DNA of 63,417 nucleotides, counting the filler, from Octopus bimaculoides (lineage: Eukaryota), in the NCBI RefSeq assembly GCF_001194135.2. It is 8 parts of 8 records of this genome, joined end to end, with 100 filler letters (N's around TTAATTAATTAA, not from the genome) between each part and the next. Parts side by side here need not be neighbours in the genome. Positions count along the whole stretch, not along the records: positions 32,995 to 49,661 come from NC_068981.1; positions 49,762 to 56,078 come from NC_069007.1; 6 more parts are not named here. The stretch is one strand, 5' to 3'. A program made the position numbers and the translations under genes. Shown piece after piece: positions 40,855 through 54,104 of this stretch; the first letter of the stretch is position 1, and each line of letters opens with the position of its first letter. The notes below the pieces were generated by a model. That model did no database searches. It saw only the letters and a program-made list of their open reading frames with translations, and was not told the origin of the DNA.

Positions 40855-41140
40855 GACGAATGTGATTTATGAATACGACTGCACATTGAACGGCTTAAAC
40901 GTCATTAAATTAGACATACAAGTACGACATACCGCTGTCAACTAACCAGGACCTTATCACGATGACCGGTTTTAGTGCACTGCAGCACACGAAACAAAAT
41001 TAGATAAGAAAACATTAATAAATAACACATCCCAACTGTAGAGAATTTTCAATAGGAATAAGGTTTACTGACCGACACCAATGCTCGTAGCGCGGCACGA
41101 CGCTAAATTAAAGGCACAGATAATAATACTGGCTACAAAC
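40855..41140 (+). mobile_element. Highly degenerate GIY-YIG remnant, probably PLE
   Basis: NVIYEYDCT...VRHTAVN with several stops. Only the motif order is recognisable. Confidence 0.4.
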
Positions 41141-42365
41141 AAAAATTAAATCCAACAGACACCGTTTAAATTTAACGATAGAAATTTCATACTCTGGCAG
41201 TAACGTTCACATTACCCTGGCCTGCCTCTACGAAGAAGCTGTAACACACCAATGTGACCCGATCCTAAAGATGAGTCTACGAAAATTTAGAGGCGTTGAT
41301 GGTGGATTTAGAAACTTTACATTTCCAAAATAACTGCCAGAAAAGTGATAAAAGAGATCAAACTAGAACATTGCTGTATTTCCAAAACAACACATGCATA
41401 CACACTCACACTCAGACACACGCATGCACGGATTCTGTATTTTCTTCGGAAATAGTGTGCCTAGGACTACATTATCCATTGTGTCTGTTCTGTTTTAAGA
41501 AAAGAGCGTATGATTTGAAGGAGATTTGGTTAGTATTTCTAGCAAATCGCGCAACCACGCAACTCAAGTAGTATATCACCGCACTCTTGATTTAGCTTAA
41601 CTTCATACCATTGCCTCATATGACTTATTTTCTTTAGTTTATGTTTGAAAATAATTTATAGAAGGTTTTATGTTCTTGTTAATTGATACTCTCTTTATCA
41701 AGATGAATAGTTTCCAGGGTGATATTTTTGTGTATGAACTTTCTGAATACACGTGTATTATCTGCCCTATTATATAGCATACTACTAGTTTTTAGATTTC
41801 TACTAGATGTCGACTATCTCAGATCTTTTATATTCTTCATATATTATGTTACAGCAGGCTATGAACCACTGTCTGTCAAAAAGGTATTTGATTATAAATA
41901 TATACTTGGAGCTTCAGGAATGATAACAGGCGACTTTCAAGTGGTGTTGTCATGTTCATTTATATATATGCATGGTTTTATTTCATGTGTATTTGTGTGG
42001 AACTATGTTTATGCATGTATACAATTTCAAATCTGTATTTGTGCATTGGTTCGTGGGCGGTAGAGTGGCAGGATCAGTTGAGGATAGAAGAAAACAATTG
42101 TATCGGCCCCTTACGTTCTGAGTTCAGATTTGTTTTTCGTCCATCCAAGGCCAAAAAAAAAAAAAAAAAAGAAGCAGAGAAGGTACAACGTTTGGTTTAA
42201 TCGAAAACATGCAATCAGCAGTGAAGTTAACGCACAAACATAATTCTCTGATGCGAGCTGAAGTGACAGTTTCGAGTACACTACTGTTACATCAATATAA
42301 TCTGTCTGTAAACACACTATAACACAATCTATACCTCTGCCAACTAACGAACAAACACACACACC

Positions 42366-42403
<38 letters not shown>

Positions 42404-43249
42404 NNNNNNNNNNNNNNNNNNNNNNNNNNNNNNNNNNNNNNNNNNNNNNNNNNNNNNNNNNNNNNNNNNNNNNNNNNNNNNNNNNNNNNNNNNNNNNNNN
42501 NNNNNNNNNNNNNNNNNNNNNNNNNNNNNNNNNNNNNNNNNNNNNNNNNNNNNNNNNNNNNNNNNNNNNNNNNNNNNNNNNNNNNNNNNNNNNNNNNNNN
42601 NNNNNNNNNNNNNNNNNNNNNNNNNNNNNNNNNNNNNNNNNNNNNNNNNNNNNNNNNNNNNNNNNNNNNNNNNNNNNNNNNNNNNNNNNNNNNNNNNNNN
42701 NNNNNNNNNNNNNNNNNNNNNNNNNNNNNNNNNNNNNNNNNNNNNNNNNNNNNNNNNNNNNNNNNNNNNNNNNNNNNNNNNNNNNNNNNNNNNNNNNNNN
42801 NNNNNNNNNNNNNNNNNNNNNNNNNNNNNNNNNNNNNNNNNNNNNNNNNNNNNNNNNNNNNNNNNNNNNNNNNNNNNNNNNNNNNNNNNNNNNNNNNNNN
42901 NNNNNNNNNNNNNNNNNNNNNNNNNNNNNNNNNNNNNNNNNNNNNNNNNNNNNNNNNNNNNNNNNNNNNNNNNNNNNNNNNNNNNNNNNNNNNNNNNNNN
43001 NNNNNNNNNNNNNNNNNNNNNNNNNNNNNNNNNNNNNNNNNNNNNNNNNNNNNNATATATATATATATATAGTGAACACAAGGAACTGCAGAAATTTTCA
43101 AACGCCGGATGGAAATACGCGATTTACATCCTTGACTGTTTCACTATATGCCGACAACGTAGCGTATGTAGCTTTCATGTTATTAAAAGCCACAAAAAGG
43201 CCTTGTGCTTGTAGTGAAAGTATTATTATTACTACTACTACTACTATTG

Positions 43250-43730
43250 AGTGAGAGAGCAGTGCATGCCATCAAAGTGACACGGATAAAATATACGAAA
43301 TCCAATATACCCATCATGACTATCCGTCTGATATGGGTACACCAGACACATGCATCACAACCATATGTGCACGGCATGGTGATCTCATATCAAGATAAAC
43401 AGCGCATGACCTTGCAGGTGGGGCCCAGTTAGAATTTTCTTCAGGTCGAGTAGCCCATCTCGCTCAAAAGGTCCCTCAATAAGGTTTGTTTAATGATGCT
43501 GAACGAAACACCCATGTTTCCAGATGTGAATTATTCAAACCCCAAAGAATTCTTCTCAACACATGGCTATGATGCTCCCCAACTGCCTCTGCTCATGATC
43601 AGGGTTGCACATATCGTCAGCCACAAAGGGACATGTACAACTGGTTACGGTCAAACAACTGACAAGCAAATCTGTGATATGGAGCAGAATATTTGCTGTA
43701 GCCCATCTTTTATACCAAGACAAAATAATG
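43250..43730 (-). mobile_element. Longer copy of the 21692-21940 repeat
   Basis: Alignment by eye over about 250 bp, with the same microsatellite junction. Confidence 0.6.
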
Positions 43731-45077
43731 TNNNNNNNNNNTTTTATTAGCAAGTTAATCAACCTGCTTCGACAACAATTTTAAGCTGATGAGAAGAGGG
43801 TGATGACTAGAAGTTGTAGGAAATTATCACAAATAAGGGCACACATTGTTGGATCCGAAAATGTGGCATATACTCTAGAGTTAAGAGAAAAGTGTACATA
43901 TTGTTGGGTTAGGAGAAGGAGGAGCATATTGTAAGGATAGCGTAGAGCGCTGAATTCCATATCACCACCTCTGAGTATACATGACATTATCTAAAAATGT
44001 GGTATACGAAAAATAAAAAAGAAAAGAAAACGGCGGTAGCTAGCTAGTAGAAAATAAAAGCCCAAGATAGAGAGACGTCCCAAAAATGATTTTAAAAAAC
44101 ATAAGGAAAATTGATATGGCAAAATATGGAATGAGATGTGGCTTAATCATTCGATAAATAAATAAATAAATAAATATANNNNNNNNNNNNNNNNNNNNNN
44201 NNNNNNNNNNNNNNNNNNNNNNNNNNNNNNNNNNNNNNNNNNNNNNNNNNNNNNNNNNNNNNNNNNNNNNNNNNNNNNNNNNNNNNNNNNNNNNNNNNNN
44301 NNNNNNNNNNNNNNNNNNNNNNNNNNNNNNNNNNNNNNNNNNNNNNNNNNNNNNNNNNNNNNNNNNNNNNNNNNNNNNNNNNNNNNNNNNNNNNNNNNNN
44401 NNNNNNNNNNNNNNNNNNNNNNNNNNNNNNNNNNNNNNNNNNNNNNNNNNNNNNNNNNNNNNNNNNNNNNNNNNNNNNNNNNNNNNNNNNNNNNNNNNNN
44501 NNNNNNNNNNNNNNNNNNNNNNNNNNNNNNNNNNNNNNNNNNNNNNNNNNNNNNNNNNNNNNNNNNNNNNNNNNNNNNNNNNNNNNNNNNNNNNNNNNNN
44601 NNNNNNNNNNNNNNNNNNNNNNNNNNNNNNNNNNNNNNNNNNNNNNNNNNNNNNNNNNNNNNNNNNNNNNNNNNNNNNNNNNNNNNNNNNNNNNNNNNNN
44701 NNNNNNNNNNNNNNNNNNNNNNNNNNNNNNNNNNNNNNNNNNNNNNNNNNNNNNNNNNNNNNNNNNNNNNNNNNNNNNNNNNNNNNNNNNNNNNNNNNNN
44801 NNNNNNNNNNNNNNNNNNNNNNNNNNNNNNNNNNNNNNNNNNNNNNNNNNNNNNNNNNNNNNNNNNNNNNNNNNNNNNNNNNNNNNNNNNNNNNNNNNNN
44901 NNNNNNNNNNNNNNNNNNNNNNNNNNNNNNNNNNNNNNNNNNNNNNNNNNNNNNNNNNNNNNNNNNNNNNNNNNNNNNNNNNNNNNNNNNNNNNNNNNNN
45001 NNNNNNNNNNNNNNNNNNNNNNNNNNNNNNNNNNNNNNNNNNNNNNNNNNNNNNNNNTTTTTTTTTTTTTTTTTTAT

Positions 45078-45293
45078 TAAGGCGGTGAGCTGGCAGAATC
45101 GTTACCGCACCGGAAAAATTGTTCAGCAACATTTCTTTCGACTTTACTTCCTGAGTTCAAATTCTGTCAAGGTCATCTTTACCTTTCATCCTTTCGAGAT
45201 TGATAAAATAAGTACCAGTTGAACAATGCATCGATGTTAACGACTGTCCCCCTCCTCCACAACTGACGACCATGTGCCAAAATTTGAAACCAT
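45078..45293 (+). mobile_element. SINE family A (diverged)
   Basis: Shared head and body. Confidence 0.75.
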
Positions 45294-45589
45294 TATTAAA
45301 AGTGATTATTGTACTCTTGTGCAATGATGTAGACGATCTTGCGCAGATTGACATTTAGATAGACACACCTAGGATTTGTTTGAAAATTTCAGTCAATAAA
45401 ACTTAAAACAATGCCGGATAAGAAAATGAATATTCCTGTTCAAGGTGTTGGGCTGAGAAGTGTGCACTCATTAAATATCTTGGGCATATAATTCTGAACA
45501 GCCACCTTCCTCTTTTAAATATTGTATTTCATCTGAATTCCAAAATACTTTAAATGTGTGGAGAATCTTGTAACAATTCCGCTTCTTCC

Positions 45590-46077
45590 TCCGTTACTTA
45601 GCCCGTCAGTAACGCTTCCACGTGATTAGATGACGGGGAGGGAGAGGAGGGATAGGGTAGGAGGTGAGAGGGGGAGGGAGAGTGAGTGGGTGATGAGTGA
45701 AATGTGTAGTTCTTCTTTTTGAACTAAGTTTTTCCTCCATTACTTAGACGTCTGTAACGCTTTCACGTGATTAGTTGAAGGGAAAGGCGAAGAGCAAAAT
45801 AAAAAGGAGAGAGAAAAAAAGGGTAGAGTATAGAGGGAAAGAAAAAGAGGAAGAGTGTGCGTGTATTAAGTTTATAATATCGTGCATAAAATATATAAAG
45901 TGTATATATAAAGTTCATTAAGTAATCATCGTATTCCACTTTCACTTTCCAATGATTAGCAGATGAGTGACTACCTTTTGATACAGGCTACGCGTTCAAG
46001 TATTATGGATAAAGTCTTCAGAAATAGCCTAATAAATTTACCATTTATTCAGTGAAATATTCACGGGTCCCGCTAGT
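45590..46077 (+). mobile_element. Possible Helitron/Helentron-like non-autonomous element
   Basis: Ends CACGGGTCCCGCTAGT (CTAG-T terminus). Contains two ~45-bp direct repeats (TTACTTAG...GTAACGCTT.CACGTGATTAG) near 45594 and 45739. The 5' end is undefined. Confidence 0.35.
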
Positions 46078-48278
46078 GTATTTAATTACTTTAAGGAAAC
46101 TTTTAGAAATCTGAATACGTAACCAACTTTTATACAGATTACAATTCTGGGATGTTACTGCGATAGAAAATAAAAGAAATCAATTTTATATAGCATAGTT
46201 TTCCGAAAGAAAAAAACAGTGAAAAGTATTTAAAAGCATGAGAAATGCAAAACCTGTTAAACACAAACAAGATATATCCGAATGAGATCGTCTCAATTAG
46301 GCTTTCATTTTTATTAGTGAGCAATTAAATTTCATAAGCAAAATCTTTATTATCGAGTACGGTAAAACTTATGTAAAATATACCATCTGCATTACACGGG
46401 AAATGGTTTGTTTTAAAAGCAAATCGTAAAACATTTTCACACGTGACAGCTGGGAGAGGTTGAAATATATTTAGATTTTTCTGTCCGACGAATACAAGAT
46501 GCAATGCAAGCTATTAAAGAGATTATGTTCTTACTGAATGCCATCTGTAACTAGAGACGATCTAAGAATACAATGCACTCAATAGTGATAGGAATGATGA
46601 TGACGACGACGACGACGACAGCCACCACTACCACCACCACCACCACCACCACCACCACTACCATCATCATCAACAACAACAACAACAACAGCAAAATTTG
46701 CCGAAAATACAAGCCAAATTTTACGCTTTGTTTTGCAACTACATTGATTCGGGTTCATTCTTGCAGCGGACTATTTGGGCAATAGTCTTCGACTGTAATT
46801 CCAGAAACTGTGAAGATTTGTTTACGACTCCGCATCATAGGGATTCGGTAAAAAGCGACAGATGGAATAAGTACCACGCATAAAATAAATACTGGAATCG
46901 ATTGGATCAAAAATAGTCTTCAAGGTGGTACCCCAGTATGGCTGCTTTCCAATGAATGAAAGAAGTAAAGGAATAAAATAATAAAAGTAATATGATATTG
47001 CACGTATCATAAGATATGACAAAAATTGCATACACACTCTCATACACACAGACATAGTTGTCTTCCGCTAGGTTTGTCACCATGAAATTTAACTCATAGA
47101 ATGCTAGACAACTCTAAGCTATAGTGAACATCATTTCTTCAAAGTACTGTTCAAAAGAATTAAATTTTCAGAGTAGATAAAAATTATTCAAAGTTGTTTA
47201 CCTCATCAGAATATTGTTTAGATTCATGATCATTCAGTATTAGACAATAATACAATAATTGGGTTGTAGCAATTTAATAATATTACAAAATATATTTCGA
47301 GATATATTGTCAGATTATAGAATATTGTGTAAAAAGTTGAGAGTCGTAATTAAAGTGTTAAAATACTGTTTTCTTATTAGCCTTGAAAAGCTCAAATGCT
47401 TTATTTCACTACCAATACCAGAAAGTTTAGATTTATAAATTTACAGAACCATTAAACTACTCTATGGGTTTCGTTCATCTTTAATCGAAGAGAAGAAAGA
47501 CATTTGTATAAATATGTAAGACAATTTACTTCTGTATTATTAATCGATAAAACATTTATTTACTTTAAATCCTATCATAATCGAAAGCATCAAGGGATAT
47601 TTTTCTTCATTGTATTATTTCCAATTATTTTAATTCGGAACATACACGGAATATAAAATAATGAAGCTATCCAAACTGATTTTCTATTATACAGGAGACT
47701 CATTTTGAACGTGACTAGAACAAGAAAGTAACATATATAATTTACTGAATAAAATAATCAACAAACCTTGATGGTAACGGATTGCATTATTTCATATTGT
47801 TAATTTATATTAATCCAACGTCTTTCTCCTTGTCAAGAGAAATGTCAGTGAAAACAGTTGCATATAGTTTGATTCTAATTATTTTGAAAATCACCTTATT
47901 TGTGTGCAAAATTCACAATCAATTACTCATACATCGCCTTACACACATAGGTATGCATGTATTTACTTTATCTAGATAACATGCGTATAATATATATATG
48001 TACATATATATATATATAATAATAATGATAATATTAGGGATAAAATCCAAAATTACAGGTAAAAATTCAATTAAAATCAATTTATTAAAAATTAAAATTA
48101 AATTAAGTTTCACAGCATAATATATATATAAATATATAGTATTAGGGAAAAGAACCAAGGTTTATGAACTCATCGATGAAAATTCACTGTCACATATAGA
48201 AAAAATTTATAATTAAAAGTACAATAAATAAGTATAATATACTACAAAGTAAATATCATAAGATCAAGATAATAAAAT

Positions 48279-48391
48279 AACTACACGTGTTTCATAACCA
48301 ATTTTCAAATAGAAAGAAATTTAAATCGATTAAAATCGATTAAAACTATCGAAAATCAATTCTATTCAAAAATATAGCTAATCTTCAGGTC
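48279..48391 (-). ncRNA. Type I hammerhead-like motif with long stem II
   Basis: GAC-CTGAAGA-T-[~20-bp imperfect stem]-T-GAA-ACA(CG)TGT-A-GTT. Confidence 0.55.
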
Positions 48392-48931
48392 CAAATAAAA
48401 CAATAATAATAAATGAATGTATATATCAACCAACAATAAATCACAAAAGTTCTAAAACAATTTTCAGTCCGTCATTGTGGCGGCATGCCCACCAACAACG
48501 ACGAACGAGAAACACAATTTTTGCACGCTAGGCGAGCAGCAATTTAAGTCACCAAAAGCAGGCAAAACTGCCCCAGAGCTGGGCGAAATTTACTGCAAAA
48601 GAACAAACAGCAACAAACCCCTCCCAGCTCAAAAAATAATTCCACCTACCTCGGTCGACTTCACAAATTTTCAGTTTTGGACGGCGTCAAACGACATACG
48701 TCCACACTGTTCTTCAGGTTCACAGAAAGTGGCCAACACGCAAGACCAGAAGTCAAGGTAAGCAAGCTACTTACCACACAGCCACTCCTGCTGTTAAGAT
48801 TATTTAAACTAATCTCAGTGCATTTTCAAATTCTATTTTCTCTATATTTCTAACCGTATGGAATNNNNNNNNNNCATACGTACATATATGAAAACATACA
48901 TATATACAAACATACATACATACATACACAC

Positions 48932-48973
<42 letters not shown>

Positions 48974-49153
48974 GTGTGTGTATGTATGTATGTATGTATT
49001 TATGTATGTATGTATGTATGTATGTATTTAAAAGCAAAGTAGCTAATTGTAAGTCTCTATAAGTGATGTAAGTAGTAACAATACTGAAAAGTAATGCTTG
49101 TTGCCACTTGAACATGTCTTTCCGCACGGAACTACATTACCACCATTTTTTAA

Positions 49154-49431
49154 TCCCAGGAGGACATCTCCTCCAGCTGTTTGCCGACACAACCTGTGTC
49201 CGACATATTGCAGTCAGGGGAGCGAACGCCTAACATCAAGCGGTGACAAGACCAATATGCCAGTCTAGTTTCTGGGTATTTCCCTTTATCAGTACTGGAC
49301 ACCTATCTGTTAGACATGAAAGTCGTTCGTCCTAGCTCGTACCATATAGAAGTAGGGGTTGGATCTCCTGATCGCAATATATCGGACACAAGTTGTGTCG
49401 TTAACCAGCTAGAGGAGACGTCCTCCTGGGG
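49154..49431. mobile_element. piggyBac-like MITE, ~75-bp imperfect TIRs, TTAA flanks
   Basis: TTAA-TCCCAGGAGGACATCTCCTCCAGCTG... and ...CAGCTAGAGGAGACGTCCTCCTGGGG-TTAA. Confidence 0.75.
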
Positions 49432-50003
49432 TTAAAAAATGTAGTAACGTAATTCCGTACGGAACAGCCATGTTGAAGTGGCAGCAAACATGTATGTGTG
49501 TGTATGTGTATGTGTGTGTATGTGTGTGTATGTGTGTGTGTGTGTATGTGTGTGACAGATATAACCTATATACATACATATATATATATATATGTATGTA
49601 TTATGTGTAACACAAACACACATAAATATATATCTATGTGTGTTTGTATATATATATATATNNNNNNNNNNNNNNNNNNNNNNNNNNNNNNNNNNNNNNN
49701 NNNNNTTAATTAATTAANNNNNNNNNNNNNNNNNNNNNNNNNNNNNNNNNNNNNNNNNNNNCCAGGATGGGATGCCAGTCCCTCGCAGGGTTACTCATTT
49801 TTGCCAGCTGAATGGACTGGAGCAATGTATAATGAAGTGTTTTACTCAAGAACACAAGGTGGCGCCCAGTCTAGGAATCAAAACCACAATCTTACAATCA
49901 CAAATCCAACACCCCTAACCACTAAGCCCTGCACCTCTACAATGGCCAAATCATTGGATGTTGCGTATATTTAAAGGTTTTATTTTTCTTCTTTCAATTC
50001 CAG

Positions 50004-50192
50004 TTGTGATCCTGAGATGTATATGACATCAATGGTACCAGTGATGCCTGTGGCACCAACCATTAGTGTACATGAACTGACGAGGTTGAGCAAAGTTGAA
50101 GCTGGATGGGAGAGTGCCCTGAGTGGTGGTGGTGTCCTCAGTGCGTCTCATGCTGCCAAAGCGCTTTGTGGACTCTCCCAAGAAGTTGATCG
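50004..50192 (+). CDS. ARFGEF3: ARFGEF3/BIG3 internal exon 1 of 5 in window (absent from ORF track)
   Basis: Pyrimidine tract + CAG acceptor (50001-50003), GTAAAA donor at 50193. Reads CDPEMYMTSMVPVMPVAPTISVHELTRLSKVEAGWESALSGGGVLSASHAAKALCGLSQEVD(R), resembling the BIG3 segment ending ...AAKVVLTLSTQADR as I recall it. The split codon CG|T joins the next exon in frame. Confidence 0.85.
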
Positions 50193-50283
50193 GTAAAATA
50201 CATCATTGTCTTTTATTCAACTTTAATTCATCTTTGAATGAGAAAAATAGGGGACAGACCTACACAAACGTACTCTTCCCTTT

Positions 50284-50490
50284 AGGCGGCGAGCTGGCTG
50301 AAACGTTAGCAGGCCTGACGAAATGCTTAGCGATATTTCGTATGTCTTTACGTTCTGAGTTCAAATTCCGCCGAGGTCGACTTTGCCTTTCATCCTTTCG
50401 GGGTCGATAAATTAAGTTCCAGTTGCGTACTGGGGTCGATGTAATCGAATTAATCCCTCTGTATGTCCTTGTTTGTCCCCTTGTGGGCAA
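50284..50490 (+). mobile_element. SINE family A, in ARFGEF3 intron
   Basis: Shared head and body. A more diverged copy lies at about 50866-51000. Confidence 0.85.
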
Positions 50491-51096
50491 TATATAAAAA
50501 AAAAGAAGAAAAAAACGTACTCTTCCCTTGAGTTTGTTTCCTCATAACTTCCAGAAAAAAAGGATATTTTTTTTAATGAAACTTTCTACAAAATACACTT
50601 CAGATGGTGTAAATTCCAATTATATATACGAATCTGTTGTGAAAATTTTTCAAGGGTGGAGAAAAAAGAGTTTGAGTAAATTCACATAAGTGGTCTTTGT
50701 TTCCTCATGACTTTCAGGGGTCAACTTCGACTTTCATCTTTAAAGGGGTCAATAAATTAAGTACCAGTAAAACACTGGGGGGTCAATGTAATTAACTAAT
50801 CACCTCCCCTCAAGTTCCAGGCCTTGTGCTTATAGTAGAAAAGATTATTATTATTATTATTATTATTAAGGTGGTCAGCAGGCAGAATTGTTACTGTGCC
50901 AGATAATAAATTTTGCCAAGGTTAACTTATCCTTCCATCATTTTGGGGTTGATATAATCGACTATGCCCCACCCCGCTCCACCGAAATTTTAGTAGAAAG
51001 AATTATTGTTATTGTTTTTTCTTAAGTCTTTTTGTTGTTGTTTCTTAAATTTTTATTTTTATTTTTTTTATTTTTTTTTACCTTTTTGTCATTTAG

Positions 51097-51361
51097 TCTT
51101 TTCGAAGATGCTGCTCAGAAATTGAACCTACAAGCTCTGGTTAGTTTCCTGTCTGAGCTTTGCACAGCCAGCCACCACCAGCTCGTACAGCTCTCTACAA
51201 TCAGCGACGATGGAGAAATCATCAACGTAGCTATCAAATTACCAACCAATGCTCTCCTGCTCTACAGACTTCAGGAAGTTCTCATGAAAGTCTTGCACAC
51301 GGGCAGACCATTGCTACACCTGGTGCAGGCTTTCAATGCAGTTTCCACTCATTTGGTTGAG
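51097..51361 (+). CDS. ARFGEF3: ARFGEF3/BIG3 internal exon 2 of 5
   Basis: TTTAG acceptor, GTAAAT donor. LFEDAAQKLNLQALVSFLSELCTASHHQL...GRPLLHLVQAFNAVSTHLVE resembles BIG3 LFEDATDKLNL...ARPLLHVMRCWSLVAPHLVE. Confidence 0.93.
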
Positions 51362-51756
51362 GTAAATAACGGTGTATTTCACCATTTCAGTACAGTTGAA
51401 TGTATATTAGTGGGTGCATGTCAGAATGTAAACCATCTAGACTCCAGTTGTCTTTTGTGGGCATCCAGCTGCAGAAATGACGCCACAGCTGACAGTTGGA
51501 GTCTGGACAGCTCCCTGGCTGATCAGCTCCTGTCAAACTGTCCATCCCATGCCAGCATGGAAAACGGACACTAAATAATGATGATGAAAAAGCATATATA
51601 AATGCTAAAATGTTAATCTCTCAACCTGCACAAAGACACCTCCTTCACTACTTCTCCATTTCCCAGCTGAAGGCTTTTAGTATTGCAATTTACTTGGTGC
51701 CACATACAAAGCACCAATGCTAATGCCACATACAGAGCACCCAGTGCACTCCTTAA

Positions 51757-51977
51757 CCCTTTCGTTACCGTATTTCTGTTGAGATGTTCTGTGTTTCTTT
51801 CAATTAATTTTAAATATAACAAAGAATTTAGTAAAATAACTTAGTTATCATTAAGCTAGTGTTATGAACATAAATTGTGACTAAGGTTTGGTGGAAGATT
51901 TTAATTCAAAACTTATGAAAACAAGATATTTGTACTCAGAGCCAAAGGTGGTTTCAGCCAGGTTGGTATCAAAAGGG
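51757..51977. mobile_element. piggyBac-like MITE in ARFGEF3 intron
   Basis: TTAA-CCCTTTCGTTACC ... GGTATCAAAAGGG-TTAA. Confidence 0.8.
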
Positions 51978-52079
51978 TTAAGAATTGTTTCTCTATTATA
52001 TATTCTAAACTAGTCACATGACTACATTAGAAGCTGTTTTGTTTTATGGTTTTTATGTATCTGTTCTGTTTTTGTTCAG

Positions 52080-52259
52080 GCTGCTGGCAACAGGGAAAGA
52101 CGAATCTCCAAAATGGCTGTGACCTGCATGCACGATTATATAACGTCAGTATTGAGTACTCATACAGAGAAACCTCATTTTCATGTGAACGAGCTGCTGT
52201 GTAAAGGTTTTGAAAGTCTCTTCTCAATGGATATATGTGATGGAGATGTGCAAGATCAG
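52080..52259 (+). CDS. ARFGEF3: ARFGEF3/BIG3 internal exon 3 of 5
   Basis: TTCAG acceptor, GTAAGA donor, 180 nt, phase 0/0. AAGNRERRISKMAVTCMHDYITSVLSTHTEKPHFHVNELLCKGFESLFSMDICDGDVQDQ resembles BIG3 AACHKERHVSQKAV...PHFHFNEALF...LCDEDVQDQ. Confidence 0.95.
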
Positions 52260-53615
52260 GTAAGAGGAAGCAATGACTTCAATCTGCTACCATACTATAT
52301 GGTACTATTACACCACACTATACAGGCACTACGGTACAACACTATACTGGCTGACTCTTGTTTCTATGCATATGTGAGTGTGTATGAAGGTATTTATATT
52401 TATGTAGATGTGTATGTGTGTGGTGCCATGAAAAAATCACCTGTGCTGGTGCCGCATAAAAACACCTGTGCTGGTGACACCTTGAAAAGGTTACAAGGCG
52501 CAATGAAAATTTTAGGAAAATAAAAATAAGGAATAAGTGGAAATTTTACCGGTGAATGTGTTAAATTTTAAGACACAAAAAGAAAATGACTCTCCCCAGA
52601 CACAATGGTATATATATATATATATATATNNNNNNNNNNNNNNNNNNNNNNNNNNNNNNNNNNNNNNNNNNNNNNNNNNNNNNNNNNNNNNNNNNNNNNN
52701 NNNNNNNNNNNNNNNNNNNNNNNNNNNNNNNNNNNNNNNNNNNNNNNNNNNNNNNNNNNNNNNNNNNNNNNNNNNNNNNNNNNNNNNNNNNNNNNNNNNN
52801 NNNNNNNNNNNNNNNNNNNNNNNNNNNNNNNNNNNNNNNNNNNNNNNNNNNNNNNNNNNNNNNNNNNNNNNNNNNNNNNNNNNNNNNNNNNNNNNNNNNN
52901 NNNNNNNNNNNNNNNNNNNNNNNNNNNNNNNNNNNNNNNNNNNNNNNNNNNNNNNNNNNNNNNNNNNNNNNNNNNNNNNNNNNNNNNNNNNNNNNNNNNN
53001 NNNNNNNNNNNNNNNNNNNNNNNNNNNNNNNNNNNNNNNNNNNNNNNNNNNNNNNNNNNNNNNNNNNNNNNNNNNNNNNNNNNNNNNNNNNNNNNNNNNN
53101 NNNNNNNNNNNNNNNNNNNNNNNNNNNNNNNNNNNNNNNNNNNNNNNNNNNNNNNNNNNNNNNNNNNNNNNNNNNNNNNNNNNNNNNNNNNNNNNNNNNN
53201 NNNNNNNNNNNNNNNNNNNNNNNNNNNNNNNNNNNNNNNNNNNNNNNNNNNNNNNNNNNNNNNNNNNNNNNNNNNNNNNNNNNNNNNNNNNNNNNNNNNN
53301 NNNNNNNNNNNNNNNNNNNNNNNNNNNNNNNNNNNNNNNNNNNNNNNNNNNNNNNNNNNNNNNNNNNNNNNNNNNNNNNNNNNNNNNNNNNNNNNNNNNN
53401 NNNNNNNNNNNNNNNNNNNNNNNNNNNNNNNNNNNNNNNNNNNNNNNNNNNNNNNNNNNNNNNNNNNNNNNNNNNNNNNNNNNNNNNNNNNNNNNNNNNN
53501 NNNNNNNNNNNNNNNNNNNNNNNNNNNNNNNNNNNNNNNNNNNNNNNNNNNNNNNNNNNNNNNNNNNNNATATATATGATATTTCAAAAATATTTTATGT
53601 ATTCTATTCTTTCAG

Positions 53616-53871
53616 GTTGTATGTTCAATCTGTGAACTTGTGGAAGCTTGCACCGCCGAGATCCGATCAGGGTGGAGACCCCTGTTTGCAGCTCTCCAGG
53701 CTGTGAAGATTGAATATACATTAAACGAGGAAATTAATGAATCTCGACAGCGCCATATTGCTGCTGTTCTTGATGTCTTTGAAGTATTCCTCAACACGGA
53801 CAATATTTTGGTCTTTGCCAATGCTGCCGTTGACTGTATACTCTGTCTGTTGAAGTATGTCCGTGGTCCAG
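53616..53871 (+). CDS. ARFGEF3: ARFGEF3/BIG3 internal exon 4 of 5
   Basis: TTCAG acceptor, GTAAGT donor, phase 0/1. VVCSICELVEACTAEIRSGWRPLFAAL...VLDVFEVFLNTDNILVFANAAVDCILCLLKYVRGP resembles BIG3 IQSGWRPLF and FEAFLNTDNIQVFANAA. Confidence 0.95.
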
Positions 53872-54104
53872 GTAAGTTTACAGCAGACTGTTGTTGCTGC
53901 TGTTCTTGTGCTCTCTTCATCATCATTAGTGGTCCTTATTTTCGTCATTGGACCCCTTTGGTTACTATTTTATTCTGGTATATCCCCATAGCCATTCGAT
54001 GTTTAAAAACTAGTTTTATAGAAACTTCTTTCAAAATTCCTATTTTGTTTTTCACCCATTAACTTGTGCAACTTGAAATATGTAGAATATTACAGAAAAA
54101 AATA

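Noticed and set aside
48661-48720. Second hammerhead on the minus strand (CTGAAGA-A-CAGT...ACTG-AAAA)
   Set aside because: A stem II-like hairpin is present, but stem III and the NUH triplet cannot be formed. At most a decayed relic.
51032-51574. 180-aa ORF as a single-exon gene
   Set aside because: Only 51097-51361 is homologous and bounded by splice sites; the flanks are intron. The same applies to ORFs at 52113, 53640 and 54614.
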